From: Octopus vulgaris
Lineage: Eukaryota
Direction: 5' to 3'
Assembly (NCBI GenBank): GCA_951406725.2
Contig: OX597820.1
Coordinates: forward strand, 78,926,001-78,990,000
DNA: 64,000 nucleotides
The notes beneath the pieces are model-generated. The model did not search any database, was not told the DNA's origin, and saw only the letters and a program-made list of their open reading frames with translations. Shown in pieces: positions 1 through 64,000 of this stretch (positions within the stretch are counted from its first letter, which is position 1; each line of letters begins with the position of its first letter). Position numbers and translations under genes: made by a program.

Positions 1-178
1 ATATATTTTAGCAGAAGCAACAAACACTAAAATAAGTATAATGTAGTAGCTGGATTTATATAACACAGCATAGAGCTTATGAATTAATTCTATGGAAGAA
101 TTAGCACAAATAGAAAAACATAATCCTTCATTTGTCAGAGCTTAATTTTCAATTTAAAAATCCTAGCAAATATTTTAA

Positions 179-408
179 CCCTTTCGTTATCAACCTGGTT
201 GAAACCAACTCTGGCACCTCTGGCTCTGTAGTACAAATGTCTTGTTTTCATAAGTTTTGAATTAAAATCTTCCACCAAACTTTAGTCACAAATTATGTTC
301 CTAACACTAGCTGAATGATAACTAAGTTATTTTACTAAATTCTTTGTTATATTTAAAGTAATTACAAGAAACACAGAGTATCTCAAAATAAATAAAGAAA
401 GAAAAGGG
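179..408. mobile_element. piggyBac-type MITE, family 1
   Basis: TTAA on both sides; ends CCCTTTCGTTA...AAAGGG; near-identical copies at 11202 and 51018. Confidence 0.8.
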
Positions 409-569
409 TTAACGTCTAATATATTCTTATAGAAAATGTCTTACACAACTAAAGTTTTGCTAATCATATCAGAAAGAAATGGAGAGTAAGTTTTTTTTTT
501 CTTCTTCTGTTTATGGAATTGATTTAAAATAATCTTTCTTCACCTAAATAATATAAAATAATATTGAAA

Positions 570-2200
570 TCATTTAACATCCATTTTCTATACTCGAATG
601 GATCAAACAGTTTGACAGGACCGAGTGAGGTGCAAGACTGCACCAAGCGCCAATGTCAGCTTCGACATGGTTTCTAAGGCTGTCTTTCCTAACACCAACC
701 ACGTTACAATGTGTAATGGGGGCTTTTTCCATGCCACCTGTACTAGTGAGGTCACCAAGTGACTTGCAAGACAGGAAAAGAAGAGGAAAACACCCCCTCA
801 ATTAAATGAGGTGAGGAGTATTTGAGGGGTGGAGGGGCTTAATGCCAGGTGTTGAAGGCTAAAGTATGAGAGAAGCTACAAGCACAGGTGTCTTGTCATA
901 GAGAAGATTTATGGCTACCCCAACATTACATAAAACTTGGTGGGAGTAGCTGGCAGAGGAATAAAAAATGGCAGAGCAAACTGTCATGGTTCAAGAAGGT
1001 GAGCATAAGGGAGAATATGGACAGTGGATTGGAGGGTAGGGTGTAGTTTCAATTAAAAAATTATTGGAAGTTATTCCGTAGCCATTCCTGTGGATCACTT
1101 AATGGTTTTTGGTATTTTTCATAACGACAAATCATTTATGAAGTATAGAACTACTCATTACAAAAAAAAAAAAAATCCTGTAAATCCAGGCAACAGCTCA
1201 ACAGATGGATTGATTGCCAAGTAACAGCCGGGTAAGATTATTAAAACAACCTTATGTCATTTTTCTGATCACAAAAACCTGCTTAGTTTATGAGAGAATT
1301 TTCCCAACAGATGAAAATTTATTCTTTAATGATAGTCTCATAAAATAAAAAATTTCACACTCACAGCAACAAACAACCTTAATACATGAACCAACAAAGA
1401 ATTCCCTAGATGATTAGCCAGCCTGCTAGAAATAGCAATCAAATCTGTTTCACAACCAATCCCAACAGTCTTTAAAAAAAATAAAATGGATGTATTGAAT
1501 AATGTAGTCTGGGATACATTTGTCATCCTTTAATGTCTGTTTTCCACGCTGGTATGGATCGGATGGTTTGACAGGGTCCAATGAGCTGCAGAGCTGCATC
1601 AGGTCCCAAAGTCAACTTTGTTGTGGTTTCTTTGGCTGTATATTCTCCAAGGCACCAACCACTTTACAGTGTGTAATAATGGGTGTACCTGTTCATGGCA
1701 CCAACACTAGTGAGATCACCAAGTAACTAGCAAGACAAAATAAAGGGAAAAGGGAAAAAATACACTTGACTGAGTAAGGATCTATTAGGGAGAGGATGAG
1801 GTGGCTTTATGCCAGCTGTTGAAGGCTAAAGTATGATAGAGGGACAAGCACAGGTGTCTTGCCGTATAGGTAATACATGGCTACCCCACATTATATAGAG
1901 AGGCGGTTGAGAGTATCAGAAAAGAAGATAAAGATAGAGGTGAGAGGGTGCCAGAGCAAACCCTGAAGGAACAAGGGGGTGAGCAGTAGAGAGGATATGG
2001 ACAGTGGAGGAGAGGGTGGGGAGTTTCAATCATAACATTATTACAGACATTGAGAGGTTAATGTACGATGTTGTGAGAAGCACAGGTGTTTTGCTGTTGA
2101 AGAAGTACATGGTTACTCTGTATTATGTGGGTGGGGAGTAGATGGAAGAGAGATAAAGAGGTAAATGTCAGGGTACCAAAGCATACTCTCAAAGTACAAG
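570..2200 (-). repeat. two degenerate copies of a dispersed repeat with an RTE-like tail
   Basis: 570-1060 and 1520-2200 share blocks (tgccagNtgttgaaggctaaagtatga, caagcacaggtgtcttg, atggctacccc) and begin with the inverted RTE-type tail. Confidence 0.55.
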
Positions 2201-2632
2201 GTGACAGTCATCATCATCATCATCATGGTCATTTAACATCTGCTTTCCATGCTGGCATGGGTTGGACAGTTTGACTGAGGGCTGGCGAGCCAGAAAGCTG
2301 CATCAGGCTCCAATCTGATCTGGCAATGTTTCTACAGCTGGATGCCCTTCCTAATGCCAACCACTCCAAGAGTGTAGTGGGTGCTTTTTATGTGCCACCA
2401 GCATGAAGGCCAGTCAGGCGGTGCTGGCACGCTTGAATGGTGCTTTTTATGTGAGACCAGTCAGGCAGCACAAAAAAAAAAAAAAAGATGGGAGTGTCAT
2501 AACTGGAATGTCTAAATATAGGTTAGCTCAATCAAGGTTGATTTAGGACAAAACATTAGTAAAAACCTTAAATAAAAGTTTTTAAACATTGAAAAACTGC
2601 TTAATTTATGCTTATGAAATCTTCATATTTAC

Positions 2633-56781
<54,149 letters not shown>

Positions 56782-58227
56782 CTGGAGATAAATAAATATC
56801 AAACATAAAAAGTAAAGAAAATCTGAATGACTTTACAGTAAAAAACACTTTATATCTTAGTTTTGAAAATGAAATTAATAAAATGACTATGTAAAATGTT
56901 AGGGTTTATTCTCTTTTTTATAGAAAAAATAATCTGAATTTGAAAATAGAAGTTTTCTTTGAGTTCTATTATCTTAGGAAAGGAAAAGCTGGTAATTCAC
57001 AGACTGGGGGATAGTGAGCTGTATTAACTTTTAAAGGTTAGAAAATAGGGATACAAGAAGTTGATGAAGATAGGGAAAAAGTAGAAGATGGCAAGATACA
57101 TGCAATAAAATGGTCCGAGTGTGTTGAGAACAGAGATGACAATTAGTTTAATTAACAAGTTTTCAGAAAAGAATCTATGCACGATGGAAAGTAAATTTAC
57201 TAATAAAAAGATGATACTTTAATTACATTAATTGCATTATCTGTATTGCAATAGTTTTCAAACTTTTGGCCACAACTACATGGTAACTGTTCTAGAAATA
57301 AAAATAACATTCACATTCTTTCACAACCACATAATGCAAATACAAGGGAGTAGTAGCTGAGACAGGAAGTAGATTCACAGCTGGCTGAATTAACAATCAC
57401 ATGAACAAGTGATCGACCAGAGTATTGAATGCAGTTATACATCACTGATCACAATGCATCATTTTTTAGCTAGGTAAGCAGACCAACATTCCCCTTGGTC
57501 AGAAAGCTAGTCTGTTGCAGGGGAACCCATTTAGAGCTGAGTGGACTGGTGCAACATGAAAGAAAGTGTTTTGCACAAGCACACAACATGTCACTCGATT
57601 CATGAATGAAACCCATGGTCACCAGGTTCTGAGTGCAACACCCTAACCACATGTGCCTTCATGGGTATCAGCGTTCTGAACAAAAAGCTTTAAAGTTTCA
57701 GATCCTACCACTGGCAACAGCTCAGATAATTGGCCTTTCTTCATATCTATCCATCATCCATTCATTTTCTCTTCCTGAGACGACCATGGTAGTAGAGTCC
57801 TCAAGCATCTCCTGTACAGAGTCATCTTAGAAGCAACCATCATTACACTTTCTGGTTGGATACCCAAGCATGACCAAATGAAACTATAGAATATTGTGCA
57901 ACCATCTTATTCTGTGTCTACTCCTGGGTCTCTTCCAATTGGCTCCGCTTCAAGAACCTGCCTTTTATAAACAGTTTTACCTTTAGTGCCAAACTTATCT
58001 ACCAATAGGTAGATTTTCTTCCCCAATACTGTACAGGTGTATCTCTCTCCCTTCCCCGTTTCTCTTTCTTCGTTTCTCTCTCCCTCTCCGTCTCTCTTTC
58101 TCTCTCTCACACACACAGTGTGGGAAAGAGACTATACATACTGGTGGAAAAGTGTGACATGTGACAGTAGAAAATCCTTGCCTCAACAAATTGCATCTGA
58201 CATTGCATCAAGAGGTGCTGATCTCTA

Positions 58228-58690
58228 ATTGTAGAGGGAGCATGTGGAAGGGGCAGACACAAGGAAACATAGGATGAAGTGGTGAGAAAGGATCTGTGTA
58301 CATTGGGCCTCACAGAGGAGATGACAGGGGACCAACACTCCTGGCAGTTGAGTGTGCTCAAGAAGACACATCAAGCTAAGCAAAAACTTGGTTGCCTGCA
58401 GCTGGGTGTTCCCTATTCTTGCAGGCTCATTGGTACTGGTGCCATGTAAGAAAGCACATGTAGTGATGCCACATAAATACACCCATGCTGGTGCTGCATG
58501 AAAGACCCAGTACAATCTGTAAAGTGTCGGGAACTAGCTGTAGAAACCATGCCATAACAGACATGAGGCCTGGGCACTTTTCAGCCGGCCACTCCTGTCA
58601 AACCATCCAAGCTATGCAAGCATGGAAAATGTACATTGAGTGATGAAGATATGCAAAAGATGGGAAAGTGGACATTAAAAATGGTGATGA
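58228..58690 (+). mobile_element. RTE LINE 3' fragment with 3' UTR
   Basis: VEGACGRGR..DEVVRKDLCTLGLTEEM followed by a UTR sharing the tail of family C repeats. Confidence 0.7.
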
Positions 58691-61345
58691 AGTTCATTTA
58701 CACTCGTCCTGTTTAGATAAGGGTGCACCCCCAGCACATTTCTTTATTGCCCACAAGGGGCTACACACAGAGGGGACAAACATGGACAGACAAAGAGATT
58801 AAGTCAATTACATCGACCCCAGTGTGTAACTGGTACTTAATTTATCGACCCTGAAAGGATGAAAGTCGACCTCAGCGGAATTTGAACTCAGAACATAACG
58901 GCAGACAAAATACTGCTAAGTATTTCACCCAACATGTCAACGTTTCTGCCAGCTCACCACCTTTCTATCAGTTTCTGTCTACCAAATCCACTGACAGAGC
59001 TTTGGTCAGCCAGGGTCATAGTAGAAGACATTTGCTCAAGGTGCCACACGGTGGGATTGAACCCAAGACCACATAGTTAGAAAGAAAGCTTTTTAACCAC
59101 GCAGACACACCTGTATCTAGCAATGCCTGCTTTTTTTTTCATTTTCCTCAACGCCAAATACAAACACAGACTTCAAATATTTTAACAAAAAAAAAGGTCA
59201 TGACCAGAGAATGTACATTTCATTCCACAACAAAAGTGCAGTAATCCCCTTCAAAGGCAACCAATGGGAATGATTTAAAATGATGCAACAGTGTGCTCAT
59301 GTAGGTTTTTATTTATTTATATATTTTTCTCTGAATACAAAAGATCAAAGCTTCATAGAAAAACTATAATCTCAAACCATGGCATGAATTTTGCCATTTG
59401 ATATTTGGTTGCAGATTTCAGCAGGTATGAAAGAAAACAAGTAAAACATGAAACACACTAAATTTGTTTGTAGTGCGTTGGTGGAAACCCGAGTAGCCAG
59501 AGTCCTTTTAAAGCTATCCACCACTTGCGAATAAATTACAAATACTGTATAGAAAATAGAATATGACGCAGTAAATACATCAGTTCAACTTGACACAGAA
59601 TTTTTTTTTTTTTTAAATAAATACTGTAAACAAATGTCTGAAGGAAAGTAATCCACAATCTCAAATAACCTCCACTCAATCTTTGTTAGGAAACACCCTG
59701 TTGTAAGCTTCGAAGAAAGAAAAAAAAATTCAATAAGAAAAAGCTGTCCATGAGGAATTTTTATATAACTTCCATTGTTCTCTGCTGTTGAATTGTGGAA
59801 GAAAACAGGTGTTTCATTCTCACATAAATTTTTAAGAAATTGTTATGAATATCTGTCAGTATTGAATATCAGATGGAGTGGCTGTGTGGTTAAAAAGCTG
59901 GTTTCAGGTTCAGTCCCACTGCATGGCACCCGGGACAAGTGTCTTCTACTATAGCTCCAGGCTGACCAAAGCTTTGTGAGTGGAGTTGGAAACTGAAAGA
60001 AGCATGTTTGTATGTGTTTGTATGTGTGTGCATGTGTCTGTGTGTATGTGTGTGTGCATGTGTGTGCATGCGTGCATGCATGTGTGTGCATGTGTATGTG
60101 TGCGTATGTGTGCACGTGTGTGTGTGCATGTGTGTGTGTGCATGTGTGTGTGCGCGTATACACAATGTTTCAAACTTCATTATAAATTATGAAACAAGGA
60201 CAAATACATAATTTCTCTCTGGTTTTACTTTATCAAGATGGAATACACTGTCTTGTCAACTCTCATGAAACAGGAGTCATTATTCTATAAAACTTAATAA
60301 ACCATCTATGTATCATACTTCATGTATATATACACCATTGATAGGCCTGTTACTAGAGTATTTGTTCTGAGATAACATCTCTTATGGCACCACATAAAGA
60401 ACGCTCGCACTGTAGAGCTCTTGCCACATGTAGAGAGCCCATGCTGTGGCTAATCCAAAAGGAGCAGTGGCTACAAAGTTTATAACTAAAGCAATTTGTT
60501 GTCCTCAATTTCAAATACTGAAGTTATACTTCACAAAATAAATACTATGAAACACAACTAAGACTAGACTTAGACATTTTCAGCTGCCAAAATGGAAATT
60601 GTTTCTGAAATTGTAGAATCTTACTAACATGTGGTTTACATATTGCAATTCCATTTAATATGAAGTAGTTTTCTGAAATATGTTTCCTGTCTTAAGTACA
60701 AGGCATTTTAACCTTTTTCTTCTTTTTCTAAAATTGAGAGTGATATAAAAATTAGATTCCGATTTCCATAAATTAAAAGCATGTACGAAATCGATTTATC
60801 TATAGTGGAAGGGTTCAAAGTAAATTACCGTAAATACTGAATTCAAATTTTGGCACAAGGCCAGCAATTTCGGGGCACAGGGTGAGTCAATTACATCAAC
60901 CCAGTGATCAACTGGTACTTATTTTTATCGCATCACAAAAGATGAAAGACAAAGCTGACCTCAGCTGAAATTGAACTCAGAACACAAAGATGGACAAAAT
61001 ACTTATTATCATTTTTCCTGGCATGTTAACGATTCTGCCAACTTAATTGTCTCAACAAATATTGCTATTAACTAGTCCTATAAGTTCACAGCTAATCATG
61101 AAATGGTTGCTGCTGTTTAACCCGGGGTCGGCCTTAATTGAGGAGGGCTATAATCAAAAGTATTCAAACAATACAGGTGCAGGAGGGGCTGTGTAGTAAG
61201 TAGCTTGCTTACCAACCACATGGTTCCGGGTTCAGTCCCACTGCATGGCACCTTTGGCAAATGTCTTCTACTATAGCCTCAGGCTGATCAGAGCCTTGTG
61301 AGTGGACTTGATAGTCGGAATCTGAAAGCAGCCCATCATATATAT

Positions 61346-61658
61346 ATGAGGACTGCCAACATCTGTGTGGACACGTGGGAGGAAACAGCTGCTGACCGCT
61401 CTGCCCGGCGTCGGACGGTGAGGAAAGGCGTTTCCATGGCTGAGGAGAGGAGAGCACAGCTGTAGTTGGACAGGCAGGACAGGAGGAGGACAACTGCAGC
61501 AACACCCCACACGTACCCATCGATGTTCGTGTGCAGCAACTGTACCAAGGACTGCCACTCTAGAATTGGACTGTTCAGTCACAGCAGACGCTGCACATCA
61601 TCAAAGTAGGCCCCACCCTTGGCGCAACCCATTGTCTATCAAGACAGACGGGGATAAA

Positions 61659-61660
<2 letters not shown>
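61346..61660 (+). pseudogene. RTE LINE 3' end with C-terminal Cys/His motif
   Basis: TWEETAADRSARRRTVRKG...FVCSNCTKDCHSRIGLFSHSRRC*, with one internal stop; inserted in the (TA)n of a SINE. Confidence 0.85.
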
Positions 61661-61725
<65 letters not shown>

Positions 61726-64000
61726 CGTGTGTTTGTGCCCCCAACATTGCTTGACAAGCAATGCTGATGTGTTTACATCCCTGTAACTTAGCAGTTAGGC
61801 AAAAAGAGACTGATAGAATAGGTACTAGGCTTTAAAAGATTAAGTCCTGGGGGCGACTTGCTTGACTAAAAAGCAGTGCTCCAGCATGGTCAAAGTCAAA
61901 TGACTGAAACAAGAGTAAAAGAATGACCATTTTGTGCTTTTCCTCAAGAATAAGGCCACAGCATCCAATATGCTCTTTCTATTGTAAGGTACAATTTGAG
62001 GGAGAATCAGGCAGGGGCTCCTTCACAAGTTTTTAAAATCTAATCATCTCAACGGGAAGTTGATCCCCTATCTTTTTATCTTTTATTTGTTTCTGTCATT
62101 GGACTGCAGTCATGATGGGTTTAGCTGAATAAATCCACCCCCACTACTTAATTTTTTTATAAGTCTGGTACATATTCTATCAGCCTCCTTTGCTGAAACA
62201 AATTACAAGGGCATAACCAAACCAACACCAGTTATCAAGTGGTGTAGTGACAAACACAAAGACACTCACATATGATAGACTCCCACAGTTTCCATCTACC
62301 TCTTTCGCTCACAAGATACTGGTCAGCCAGGTGCTACAAATAGAACACACTTGTCCAACATGCAGCACAATTGGATTGAACCCAAAAACCAGTAGTTGCA
62401 AAGCAAGCTTCTTAACCACAAAGCCATGCTTGTGCTTAATCAAGACTGAATTTCATATATTCAGTCGGTCAAACAGCTGAAAGAAAATATGAAAACCAAG
62501 TCGTTTCTGGTGGGATCTGAACTTAAATATCATCGGATAAAATCATTTACCCACAACGTATCATCTTCGGTTTTCATAGAAATGATTGCAATATTAAAAA
62601 TAAAAGATAAATAGCAAAAATTGCTGGTGCAAGTTACTTCCTAAGAAATATTTCAAAACAAAATTAAATTATTTTCTATAATTAACTAATATAATTCAAG
62701 ATATAAAAATATTTGCTGAGATCAGAAAAATATATACAGAAGCACTTTAAGATTGGCAATAATAATGTTGCAAAATTTATATTTTACCAGGATGCATCAA
62801 ATAACATTTTTTCACACAGTCTGAGTCAAAAACTGTATCTCACAACCCAATGAGGGTATCTCAAGCTCCTAGAAATAGCACCCAAATATCCTCAAATGAC
62901 ACCATGCTATCTTGAAAAAGAAAAAAGAAGGCCAGATTGGATAATGCAATCCTGGATGCCATGTCTTAAAACAAGGACTGGGCAAGGCTGGAATTCTTCT
63001 GATTGTCTTCTTCTTTTCTTATCAGAAGTGGTCTACAGTTATATATAACTAAATAATCCTAAACTTATTTTGGATAATCTTTCAACTTTGTATCTATATT
63101 CCACTACCAGCTTACACTTGTCCATAAATCCATACAACTATATGGCCCCTTTACACACACACACACACACACAGAAGCCAGTATTTTACATTCAAACTTT
63201 CCCTCAAAGACACTTTATACATCAGCCAGACATGTATCCCTCAAATTATACTGTCTTAAAAGGAAGGGACACATTGGACAATGTAGTCCTAGATACATAA
63301 TGCACCAGAGAAAAACAGAATGATTGAGGTTGGAACACTTTTGATCATTTGTCTGCACATTCAGCTATCCTGGAACCAAAACAACAACAAACATATTCAA
63401 TTTATCATCACATTGCTAATCTGCTAATCCTTTATCTCATGATATGTAATCTACATTAAGATTAGATGACACTAAACTAAGTGGAACAGTTCTGTCCATA
63501 AATTTAGATAATTCATAAAATTAATTTCAAATTTTAGCACAAGGCCAGCAATTTCAAGAGGCAGAGTAAGTTGATCACACTGATTCCAGTGTGTAACTGG
63601 TACTTATTTTATTGACCTCAAAAGGATGAAAGGCAAAGCTGACCTTGGTAAACTCAGAGTGTAAAGATGGACAAAATACCATTAAACATTTTACCCAGTG
63701 TGCTAATGTTTCAGCCATTTTGCCACCTTATAATTGCATAAAATATTGGAGCAGGGCTGTCAACAATACAAACTTCTTGTTTTAATGTGACATAAATTTT
63801 AACTTGCATCAAAATTTCATGTTCATTTTTGTTCCAAACACCAGCTAAATTTAGTAAAGTTACTTTACTAAAATTTTTTTTTCTTTTTTTTTTCCCAAAA
63901 TTAACTGTGAAGCAAAGGCGGCATTTTTCAACAGAAATATTATTTACAGTAGCAGGTCAAATATGACCAGATTAACTACTTATATTTTCTGAGAGCTCTA

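Noticed and set aside
57907-58116. Additional upstream coding exon
   Set aside because: No convincing phase-compatible splice pair; partly a (CT)n tract

Overview
AT-rich eukaryotic genomic DNA packed with SINEs and microsatellites. The repeat families point to a coleoid cephalopod, most likely Octopus; this is an inference from recalled repeat sequences, not a database match. The window lies inside one minus-strand gene of the PLEKHA5/6/7 family (PH domain plus coiled coil). I traced 22 GT-AG exons by hand from 56781 down to 2633. They join in phase into an uninterrupted frame of about 1497 codons; the start and stop codons were not confidently seen. The introns contain two decayed mariner transposons, hAT- and piggyBac-type MITEs, Helentron/DINE-like elements, RTE, R4/Dong and Gypsy fragments, several tRNA-derived SINE families and many long inverted repeats. 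The most unusual element occurs twice (about 7441-7997 and 17648-18060). It is a palindromic insertion whose arms join a tRNA-like Pol III head to a minimal Penelope-type hammerhead ribozyme motif. Repeat boundaries are approximate unless TIRs or TSDs are quoted.
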